This document shows positions 46,701 through 57,100 of a stretch of 64,000 nucleotides of DNA, piece by piece. Origin of the DNA: Podarcis filfolensis (lineage: Eukaryota). Below the pieces are notes generated by a model, which was given only the letters and a program-made list of their open reading frames with translations, was not told the origin of the DNA and searched no databases. A program made the translations under genes and the position numbers. The first letter of the stretch is position 1. Each line of letters opens with the position of its first letter. The stretch is taken from NCBI GenBank assembly GCA_964270895.1, contig OZ185439.1; one strand, given 5' to 3'.

Positions 46701-46874
46701 CTTCTCTCACCGGGGCCTCGGGGTCTCGAGCAGCCGCTGCTGCTCCACATACGCGCGGACCCAACGCTGCTTATCTCGGCGCGGCTGAGGGCGGAGCGCG
46801 ACGCGTCCCGGCGCGGCAGAGAGTAAGCGGTGGGAGCCCTCAAGGAACAGAGGCCGAAGCAGCGCGGACGCCAT
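40531..46874 (-). CDS. MRPL44: Mitochondrial ribosomal protein L44 (mL44, RNase III-like plus dsRBD), join(46874..46711,44096..43628,42142..41964,40702..40531), 327 aa
   Basis: Motifs [76 protein letters not shown]. The exons sum to 984 nt and all junctions are GT-AG. Confidence 0.96.
40771..40977 (-). mobile_element. 5'-truncated Sauria SINE in MRPL44 intron 3
   Basis: aaaggtaaat tail and gggtcatgtggccagcatgacta core match the copy at 28713. Confidence 0.8.
41964..42142 (-). CDS. MRPL44: MRPL44 exon 3 (179 nt)
   Basis: [59 protein letters not shown]. Confidence 0.96.
43628..44096 (-). CDS. MRPL44: MRPL44 exon 2 (469 nt)
   Basis: [11 protein letters not shown]...TEIFVR; lies inside ORF 43607..44125. 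Confidence 0.96.
45285..45530. mobile_element. Tigger/pogo-like MITE in MRPL44 intron 1
   Basis: TA|CAGT...ACTG|TA ends, imperfect TIRs with GGGTT/AACCC, and a CpG-rich interior. Confidence 0.75.
45601..45644. repeat. Perfect 22-bp tandem duplication
   Basis: TCTGATTATAAGTGTTCTCTGG occurs twice in a row. Confidence 0.9.
45740..45894. mobile_element. Short hAT-like MITE
   Basis: TSD cactatta/cactctta; degenerate CAT..G(C/T)GTA TIRs. Confidence 0.5.
46640..46688. repeat. Compound (CAGG)n(ATCC)n microsatellite
   Basis: Read directly; lies about 22 nt into MRPL44 intron 1. Confidence 0.9.
46711..46874 (-). CDS. MRPL44: MRPL44 exon 1 (mitochondrial targeting peptide)
   Basis: AAAATGGCG start; Arg/Leu-rich [42 protein letters not shown]; donor gtgaga. 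Confidence 0.9.
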
Positions 46875-47157
46875 TTTCCATCGAAGGGAGGAAGGCAGGG
46901 AGGGAAAGGAGCGGGGGACCAGGCGCACCGGCCGCCCCGCCGTACGGAAACAAGCGCCGCTTCGTTTTCTGTTCCGGCCAAGTTCGGGACTGGGGTTTTT
47001 TCCCTAGCTGTAGAAGGTGAATGAGAAAAGTAGGGCAGGTTTGCCACTATGAACAGGTGAAGGCGAATGACGTGTAAATGACGTGTGGCCACGGTGGTCC
47101 TCATCTGGACAGGGAAAGCCAGTGTTCCCGATGTTCTGGTAACCTCTAGGTTGCATC

Positions 47158-47612
47158 CAGGGTCGGATTTAGGTTTGATGAGGCTCTAAGCTACTGAAGT
47201 TAATGGGGCCCATTATACGTCCAGCTGTCCTTTGTCAACAACAATTTGTCGCTGTTTTTTGTGCTGAATATTTGCTAGATGGTAATTTATGGACCTAATA
47301 GGTATCGAAAGCCATTTGCACATGTTGCCATGCAACCAGTCCATGCAGAATGTAGGCACCCTATATATAGAAATGAGCAAACCGGTGATATTTTATGGAG
47401 CAGGCTAGCAGGTGGGGCCCATTACTTACATAATAGGAGCCTACACGACACAAAACACTGTTGCTGTATGTAGGTTTTATTTTATTTGTTTTTATCTTAT
47501 ATTTTGGAAATGTACATCCAGTGGGTTTTTTTCCCTTTAAGTTTTTTTGGGGCCCCCAAGAAAGTGGGGCCCTAAGCTATAGCTTGTTAGCTTATATGTA
47601 AATCTGGCACTG
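47158..47612. mobile_element. hAT (Tip100-like) non-autonomous element upstream of MRPL44
   Basis: TIR CAGGGTCGGATTTA / CAGTGCCAGATTTA; TSD gttgcatc/gttggatc; internal GGGGCCC motifs. Confidence 0.7.
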
Positions 47613-47724
47613 GTTGGATCACTGAAGGTGGTTTGGAAACTTCAGCTGGTGCACAATTCAAGCGGCCAAGTTGCTCAGCGGGGCAGGATGGTTTGAGCAT
47701 ATTTCACCGATCCTGGCTTGATAG

Positions 47725-47910
47725 CTCTGGCTGTTAGTTCCCGGGCCCAATTCAAAGTTCTGGTTTTTACCGATAAAACCTTATACGGCTCAGGGCTGCA
47801 ATATTTCAAGGATTGCCTCTCTCTCCATATGATCCGACCTGGATCCTAAGATCATCTTCTGAGGCTCTTCATGTGCCTCCTCGAGAGGTCCAGAGGTTGA
47901 TTAACGTTCT
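47725..47910 (+). mobile_element. L2 LINE 3' coding fragment
   Basis: Translates to ..RAQFKVLVFT.KTLYGSG.QYFKDCL, typical of the L2 C-terminus. Confidence 0.65.
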
Positions 47911-50363
47911 GTGGCCTTTTAAACATGTGTCTTATCGATTTGTTTTTGTTCCACTATGTATTTTGTGTTCTCGTTTTGTGTTCTTACGTTGTGAATTGCC
48001 ATGTGATCTTCAGATGAAGGGCAATACAGAGAAAGAGGCCAGAAATCTGGGCTTGAACTGGCCAGTTCCATACTATTTATAATCCTTGCTCAGCCATAAA
48101 TTTATTGGGTGGTCTTCAGACTGTCCTTATCTGTCAGCCCGGCCTACCTCACTGGGCTGCAGTGAGGACTGACAAAAAACACCGGGTGATGAATGTAAGC
48201 CTTTCTGAGTTGTTTTAAGTAAAATTGTTTGATATAGAAGGAAGTGGAAAAGTTTTGAATAGTTTTTGGGAGTGTGGTTATTGGTTTGCTTTTGTTTTAT
48301 TATGTATTTTATGTTCTCATTTTCTGTATTTAGGTTGTGAACCACGCTGTGATCTTCAGATGAGGTCTTATCTTCAAGAACCGTTCCAGAGGATAGCATT
48401 GCATATCTTGTCTGTAATGCTACTTAACATCTGTAGGAAGTGATTAGATCTGGAGCACAGTGTACATTGATGATATTTCAAATATTTATTTGTTAACATC
48501 TGAATTGGGAATGGCTGTGTAGGCCCTGGATTGGTGTCTGGGTGCTATTGTGCTCCAACATGAATTTTAATCAACTCTTCTGGCCTTGTCATCACTATTA
48601 CCTTGAGATTCTATTACCTACATCATTATTAACTGCCTGAGATTCTAGGCAAAGGCCTATCTTAAAAGGTGCTTTGTTTTAATCCCCAAACTCGTGCTTT
48701 AGTTACTTTATAAGGGCTTCTAACAAATGAGTCAACAACTTCTGAGAGTTCCCGAGTTCTTTATGAAAAAGTTTGTTTTGATCCAAATACATTACGTTTG
48801 GGAGTAAAATGTGCATCCAATTTGGCCAGGACAAATAGTCATGGTCTTAGTTCTCCTCAGCCAAAGCAAGTAATTTACAAATATTGCACAGTTCTGCTAC
48901 AGTGCTCCCACAACAAAGCTTATTAACTCTTTTTCTTTCAGCCATAAGCAATGGCTTGGTTCAAACATCATGGTAAGCTAAACTATGGCTTACTGGGACA
49001 TGAATGTGTAGACTTGTGGAGAGGAGCTTGCAGCTGCATTTATCCTCCTCAATCTTTCTTCCTCCTACCCCACACTGAGCTCAGTCAAATGTGTTGTTCA
49101 GGCCCAGGATTGTTAAGCTCTTTCGTCACTAACCATTAGCTGTAGCCAAGAATAAAGCATGACATGCAAACCAGGCCAAGGGCTGCAGATGTTAACTGAT
49201 CTGTCTTTCACACCACAGAGTAGCTGTATCATTATTGAGTTTAGTCACTAGGTAGCAATGGACTTAACTCTTATGAGTGGAGTCAGGCAATTCCTGTCCT
49301 GTTATTACTGGAGAAATGTTGTAAGGTCTTGTCTAGCTTCCATGAAAAAGAATGAAACAAAAAATAATGTGTGCTTCTTTCTCTGCTTCTCTCATACACA
49401 ACTCTCACTAGTGGTGAAATAGCTGAAAGTTCACATTATGGGCGGTATCTCACTTCACACACTACTTGAAAAATGGGGTAGGGTGAACAAAGAAACAACA
49501 TGACTAAGTTGCAAAATTTTACTCCCACCTTTCCCTTCATTCTTAAATTTAAGAAAGCCTATTACTAGAACCTATAAGCATATGTAGAAAATCTACTATT
49601 TGGTTCCTTTGCCAAGCTATTTGCTCTGCAAACACCTTCATCCACTATGCTTACTCACTGCTGGTAACACACCAATTTGGATTTTGTATAGGGATCACTC
49701 CAAACACAGTTCTGCCTGATGTCTTTTGGTGCCTTCCACTTTCAATTTGGAAACTAAGGGAGAAATCCAGTGATGCACAGGATTTCCACTTATGCAACAA
49801 GACTTCATTTCCTTCCTCCTGCAGCCTATCACACACACATTTGCCTACTCCCCAACTCTTCAGATCTGATTTTGAAGGACATGGGGGATGTGGGAAGACA
49901 AGAAGCAGTCCCATTGTGCAAAGTGGCTATCCAGAAGTCCATTTGTGCCTATCACACTGATATTTAAACAAATTAGCATACACCATTCTTAAAGATTTCA
50001 GCACTCAGCTCACCTAGCTTTTACTCATAAAAGTATTTAGGAGCAGGGCTTAATTCCACCCCACCCCCAAATAAATACTTTTCATGTCCATTTTTTATTT
50101 GCCCAAAGAAGACATATATTTTAAAATCCAACACAAAGTGTATATTAATGTAAGAAAATAAGAGTTGTGCAAATGGTTGAATTGAATAGAAATCTACGAG
50201 CAAGCAAAAAAATGCAATCAATAATGGGAGTGGTGATTTTAGATGCAGTATATTGATCTAGACTGAGAGATATAAAAGCTTTTTTGTATGCTCCACACAT
50301 CCAAAGGGCAAAAGGTACAGTTAATTGGAAAAATAAGAAATTAAATACTGCTTTGGGCTGACT

Positions 50364-50369
50364 TTTATT
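50364..50369 (-). terminator. Candidate polyadenylation signal of MFF
   Basis: AATAAA on - about 680 nt after the stop. Confidence 0.5.
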
Positions 50370-51049
50370 AAATACATTACATTGGTACTTTGTTCCATAA
50401 TCTTAAGATCACTCATGGACAGATTTGCTTAAAAACCATCTTTTTTTTAGAAAAAACATTGCAAAATTAAAGCTCAAATACATCTTACACACACCTCTGG
50501 ATAATCTGCTGACTTATTTTAGCAAAGAATGTATTTTAGTCAATATGTACATGTGCTTGAATGAGAGACACTCAGGATGCTTTTTAATCTGCTGCTCTAC
50601 TACCTGAAATTTGGCTAAAATAAAACAAGTGCAATAAGGTGAACTGTAAAGGTGCTACATTTAATTATGGAATAACAATGAGAAACCATAAGTTAGGCCA
50701 TTTTGCAGGTAATTCCAAAACCCAGTTGTTTCTTTCTACACAAGAGAGAACTGTCTGCAGTACACCTTTGTTACCTGGAGGCAATTCCCTTTGCAAAATA
50801 ATTCAATGCAAATGTACATGTCATGCAAAAGGAAGATAATAGGATGATACAACAATTCTGAAAATATATACACAATCATCCAGGCATCCCTTTAACATTG
50901 TAAAGTTATGTTACAGCTGTTTACTGTGTCAGAAATATCCAGTGCATGGATCCTAAATCACCATACAATTCAGAGAATGAAACAAAGGACTTTGCAAATT
51001 CTCTATATGTTTCTCCACTGACAAATCTTCTGAAGTACTGTGACCATTT

Positions 51050-51181
51050 CTAGCGCCGAAACCAAAGCCAACTATTTAGTAGCCAGAAAGCTACAGTAAT
51101 TGAGTACATGATCATTTCTCGTTTAGCACGCTCTTTGTTTTCTTCTTCCAGAAGTTGTAGACGACGATTAAGTTTAATTAT
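51050..51181 (-). CDS. MFF: MFF last coding exon (coiled coil plus C-terminal transmembrane anchor)
   Basis: IIKLNRRLQLLEEENKERAKREMIMYSITVAFWLLNSWLWFRR-TAG. Confidence 0.97.
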   Translation of the reverse strand: MIKLNRRLQLLEEENKERAKREMIMYSITVAFWLLNSWLWFRR

Positions 51182-54100
51182 CTAAAAAAAGAAAAAGAAA
51201 ATGCCTTTCAAGTTTAGTGCTTACTATAAGTTACTAATTATTTCAAGACTTTTCTCGTTCATGTACTTCATATTTGTATCACTTCTCACCCCAAAAGTCT
51301 GCTCACATGGGGGACTTAGTAATGGAAGTCTGCGGTTCTTGTTAATACAGTATAATATTTCTGTACATTGATGCCACACACATGGATTCCAGCCTCAAAA
51401 CCCTGGCTCTTTATACCTATATCAATGCTGGGTTTAGAAATCCCTACTTCTGGCAAATTCACTGGGGTTTTTTATTCATTTCAGTTTCCATTTCTGATTT
51501 TTGTCCTTCCAGTCTACATCTCTTGTCCTTTTTAAATGCAAAAAATGTGTGGGCTGGATCTCTCATTTTAGAGGTAGAGAGTCTGTGTGCCAACTTTGAT
51601 AGGTATCCAGCTCGGACAGAACAAAACAGGAGCATCTAAACAGTGTGCGCTAGCACCCTACTCATTCACACTAAGCCGTGGTTTATGACTTACTATGATA
51701 TGCAAATAGGCCCATGTATCAATATAGTATAAATAAATCACAATACAACCAAAACAAGTATGTAAAGCAAGCAAATCAATTCAGCTGCTTAAAACCAGTA
51801 AAAGAGAATAGAAACCTAACAGAAAAATAAGATACAGAACATACAAAACCAAACAGATTCCATTCTGCTGCATGGTTTGTTTGTTTGTTTAAAGAGGTAA
51901 CTGCCCGTACGGGCCAGTCGTGTCCGACTCTAGAGTTGTGCGCCCATCTCACTTAAGAGGCCGGGGGCCAGCGCTGTCCGAAGACACTTCCGGGTCACGT
52001 GGCCAGCGTGACGAAGCTGCTCTGGCAAGCCAGCACCAGTGCAGCACACGGAAACGCCGTTTACCTTCCCGCTATAAAGCGGTACCTATTTATCTACCTG
52101 CACTTAGGGGTGCTTTCGAACTGCTAGGTGGGCAGGAGCTGGGACCCAAAGACGGGAGCTCACCCCGCCGCGGGGATTCGAACCGCCGACCATGCGATCG
52201 GCAAGCCCTAGGCGCTGAGGTTTTGCCCACAGCGCCACCCGCGTCCCGTTTGTTTGTTTACCATTAAACTAAACCTTAAACACATTGACTGGCAGCCACA
52301 CCTCACCCCTGGATATTTTCCATCCAAGTGGGTTGTTCTTTCTCAATTCCTCTCCCATCAATCATGTATGCACTATTTAGTTCCTATATATTATTAGTAT
52401 GTTTCGGAGTTGAGAATGCACAAAGTTTTATTCATAGACATATTAACATTCAAAGAAAAGAAATTGTATCATCATGCCACAGAAAAAGTTGTGGTATTCA
52501 GACTTCCAAATTTAATTTTGTCCCCTTTATCTTACATTCTGCATTGACTAGACTGGAAAGAGGCATACAAACTTCCACTATAACAGTTGAAGCATTTTAA
52601 TTACCTGTCGTCTTAAAGAAACAGCATCCACAACAGTGACATCTTCTGGTGTTCCCTCAAATGTTGTATCCATATTTGAAAGGGTATATCTATGAGATAA
52701 AAAACAAACAAAAATATGCCTCAAATGGCACACATTTAACTGCACACGGGCTGGTGTTTTGTACACACATGAGGTCATTTCAATTTCTCCATTCTCCCTG
52801 TGCCCTCTGAAAAGCAACTGCTGAAATTCAGAGGCCTTTACATAGTTGTATGCAATGCAGGTTGAGGGGCTACAAATGGGAAAGCAAATAAGTAGATCCT
52901 CTCAGGTGCATATAGGAGTGACCATAGTATACATCTGGGCATATTTGGATTCCATTCAAAATATACAATTAACTGTTCTTTAGATGAAAGGGGGGGGGAA
53001 CCAACCATTTTTAAGTGCTTTCTTGACTATTTTCCTACATACATAGATTTTCTGTTTAAAGAAACATAACCTTGGTTGAATTCTCTCTAGCCATTTCCAT
53101 CTAAATGTAGAACTGTATTTGGAAGGGACCACAAGGATCATCTATTCCAACCCCCTGCAAAGCAAGAATCTTTAGATCAATGTGGGGCTCAGACCCATGA
53201 CCCTGAGATTAAGAGTCTCATGCTGTACTGACGGAGCTATGATCAAATATTGTCAGTTTTTATGTATAAAGTGCTTTTCATAATGTCAAGTACATCACCG
53301 ACCCTGGGATTCCTGATAAATTTCAGGAGTTTCAATCAAGTTTCCCAAATTTCCCAAATAAATTGAAGCTGAAGCCTAAAATGACAGAGGAATTATGTGT
53401 CCCGTGTTCTCATGTCCAGTAAGTGGCAAGACAGCCTGTTCTGGATGGGGTTGCACTCCCTTGGAAGGAGCAGGTCCACAGCTTGGGGGTCTGCTTGGAT
53501 TCAACACTGCTACTAGAAGCTCAGGTGGCTAGGAGTGCCTTTTCCCACCTCTGGCTGGCCCGCCAACTATGGCCCCTTCTGAACAGTACTCCATGCTCTG
53601 GTTATTTGCAGATTGGATTGCTGCAATGTAATCTATGTGGAGCAGCTCTTGAAGATGACTCAAAAACTTAAATGTCTCCAAAACGCAGTGGTCAGATTAC
53701 TGGCTGGGGTTCCATTTAGATCTCACACAACCTCTATTTTAGTACAGCTGCGTTGAATGCCGGTTTGTTTCTAGGACCAATTCAAGGTGCTCGTGTTAAA
53801 AGCCCTAAACACCCCAAATATCTGAAAGACTGCTTCATATCAAGAGACTGGCAGGAGTTGGAGGATGAAGGGGTCGGGGAGAGAGGGGATGTGCAGGCAG
53901 AGGAATCGGAGAGTGAGGAGGAGGATTTGGGGAAATAGTCCAGTGAGTTGTGGGGTTCCATGGCACCAGTGAGGAGGAACCTTCCCCACTGAACAGTTCC
54001 TTCACCGGCGCCAGCAGTATCTCTGAGGCAGTTGCCAGCAGAGTTGGAAGAACTAGATCAGGAGCCAGGGGGCAGGCCAACAAGTGTGAGGTACAACAGG

Positions 54101-57100
54101 ACTTTCAGTTTCTCTCCTCCCCTCTAGTCCCCCATATACTGTACCCTCAAAATCTGCTCCATGGGGTCTCTCAACCTTCTGGAACAGATTTTGGGGTCGC
54201 CTAAGGGGTTACTGAGGAAGAAAGGAAAGAGAAGCCTTGTTGCACTAGTGGATGCCCAATTTTGCAACATTCTATCTTGACCTAGATTTCTAGCTCTCAC
54301 AGCTGAAAAGGCACAGTAAATAAATAGCCTTTGATCTAACACTAACCAGAACAAAAGAGAAATCCAAATATATAGTTATAATTGTACTAGCACTTGTTTT
54401 CCATAGCAATTGCATTTGGGGGATTTTTATTTTATTTTATAGTACATAATTTCGAATTTGGTTCTGTAGTACTGAACAAGTTTTACAGCAACCCACAAGC
54501 ACCATTTTTTAATTTTTTATTTTAAGTCTTGTGGCTTAAGAAAGATGCATACAAAGACCATCTCTGAATGCCTATCAGTTTACAGTCTGTGCAAAGAATG
54601 CCTTACAGTGCAATCCTATAAACATCTAGGTCCAACTGAGTTCAATGGGACAAAGTTCCAGGAAAGTGGAAACAGGACTGCAGCCTTAATTACAGAAGGA
54701 CCTGTGATGTTCTGCAGACAAGTGTTACTCAAAACCTTTACAATATCCATTAAAAAATATTAGACCTACTATCTCAGTATATACTTATGCTATACTTATG
54801 CTAACAGTTTGTGGCACACTGATGGACTGGAAAGGGAGATGAGGAAAGATAAATGAACCAACTCCTTTTTACTTTACAAAGGTCCCCCTGCCTCCAGGGG
54901 TTATTCTTGCAAAGTACTTGTTCTGCCCTAGGTACCACAAGCTTTTATTCTCTCTTTTTCTTTCTCCACTGAACTCCTAAATGAAAAAGCTTAAAAACTG
55001 CAGGTTATATTTGGGCACTAGATTCATATGCTATGGGTTTCATTACCCTCAGACATACAGTTCTCTAAATGCACAGGGGGGCCCTGCATAATCCTTTACA
55101 CAATGAGATTGTAAATTATTTCCTTTCTGTAAACTAGAAGGAAACTTTTATATTAAATGCGCTCCATTCTCCTTCTGTAAACCATATTGGGTATATTTTA
55201 AAAACCAAATATTGCCAAACCTGTTTCTTCAAAGTCAAAATCAATTTTCTAAGGTTGAATAGCAAAAAAATGTTTTTTCCTATTTCTGTCAATAGTGAAA
55301 CAAGTTAAACAATTTTACAGTCCTATGTACACACCAGGGACTGGAGAGGGAGAAAACAAAACTTTTTAAATGCATAAAGAGAATAATATTTTAGTTGTAT
55401 ACCATGAGATCCAAGTAGACTTAGTAAAAGGAACATAGGAAAGGAGAGAGAAGGAAAGCATTCTGCACAATCATTGGCATTAGTTAACAAGTACTTTTTG
55501 ATTTAACTTTAAATTTCTATTTGAAAAACTACTTGGGGTGGAATTCAACATGATGCTCTTCCAATCATTCCGTCTGTGCAAGCATTTCAGCTTGCCAGTC
55601 AGAATGAATTCCTCCCCTTGTCCCCCCCATTCGTTGTTCCATGGGTTCTCCTGATCCACTCAGAGCCAATTAAGGGGGGGGAGTCCCATTGCTCAAGCAG
55701 AAGTCTTTGTTCAGGGCTTATAGAATCATAGAATTGCAGAGCTGGAAGGGATCCCAAGGGCCATCTAGTCCAACCCCCTACAATGCAAGAACCTCAACTA
55801 GATCCATCCAACTTCTGCCGCCACCTCTCATGGGAGTCTGTTCCACTGCTGAACAGCTCTTACTGTTAGAAATTTCTTCAATATTTAGCTGGAATCTCCT
55901 TTCTTGTAACTTGAAACCATTGGTTTCGCTCCTAGTCTCCGGAGCAGGAGAAAACAAGCTTGCTCCATCCTTCTGTTGACAGATGACAGGTGGATCTCAC
56001 CCTTTCTCTCTCTTTAATTCTGTGATGAGTTGTGTACTGCAAAATTTGTTAGAGTGTTCACCAGATTTTTAGTTATTTTGAAACAGATTTCCAACCTGAA
56101 CTCGGGTCTTATATTGAATGCTAAAATCAATGGGAAATGCATCAAATACTTTTATTATAAGAGTCATCCATAGAATCAGCAGGCATAGTACAATGCAAAA
56201 GAATGTCAGTGAAAGGGTTTTAAAATTAATATAGAAACCAGCAGTTAGATTAGTACACATAATCACAGCCTGTTTGATAAAAATGATTATATATAAATTA
56301 ATAGCAGGAAGCAAGCTCTGCTGAACTCAGAGGGGTTTACTTTCAAGTAAAGTTCAGGAGCAAGCTAGTCTCAGGTTTTGTGAAAGCTGAATATAGACTA
56401 GAATGGCTAACTAAGTGCAAATTTACCTGGCGTCATGATGAGGATTAGAGGAAGTGGCAGCAGCAGACCCACCACGTAACACTGGCCTAGGGCAAGTTTT
56501 GTAGATAGGAGACACAAGACAGAAGAAGAAAACAGGAAAGGCAGAGAAAAGAAGCAGAATAAAAAACCAGAGACAAAAATTGTTAATTTTTTTTCTTCTG
56601 TTATACTGAAACACTACAAATATAAACCCTGGTTATGTTTTCAATATATTCCGTTTTATAAATACTAATTACCAATGTGCGAAAGGGACTTAACTATTTG
56701 CTTGTTGCTTTTCCAGATACAAAATTTGTGAAGAAATGTTGGAATTAACGCTTACACATTATTTGTTTATTAAAATACTGATCTACTATTCTCTCGTATA
56801 AAATAATTAGGTGGTGTACAACAAAATACACAAAAACATAAAATACCATATAAAATAATCATAAAAATGACAGGCTTACTTTGGAAAGTTTAAACAAGTG
56901 ACGAGGCCTGTAGACATATAAAGTCCTTCAAGAGACACCTGGAAATTAGCAGCAAGGACACTACCAAATCACTGCTGGAAGAGTATTCCACAGCATGCAA
57001 CTGCTCACAAAGCTTCTGAACATGGGATGCAATGCTTCTCCATGTGATCTCAGTAACTGAGCTGGAATATAAGAGCTCAAGCTGTCCTTACAGTATTCTT

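Larger units (their letters stand above)
46260..47110 (-). promoter_or_regulatory. CpG island: MRPL44 promoter
   Basis: CpG-rich segment over exon 1. It has a YY1-like GCCATTTT at 46870-46877 overlapping the ATG, and tandem AATGACGTGT (CRE/ATF-like) at 47066-47075 and 47077-47086. Confidence 0.8.

Noticed and set aside
46234-47104. ORFs of 176-232 aa around the MRPL44 start
   Set aside because: CpG island and microsatellite artefacts; only 46711-46874 fits the gene.
53178-53239. tRNA-Lys-like sequence as a tRNA gene
   Set aside because: The acceptor stem is missing, the D and T arms are mutated, and it is fused to a CR1-like tail, so it is a SINE head.
53837-54130. GA-rich segment resembling a Gypsy solo LTR
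   Set aside because: No clear TG...CA termini or TSD could be identified.
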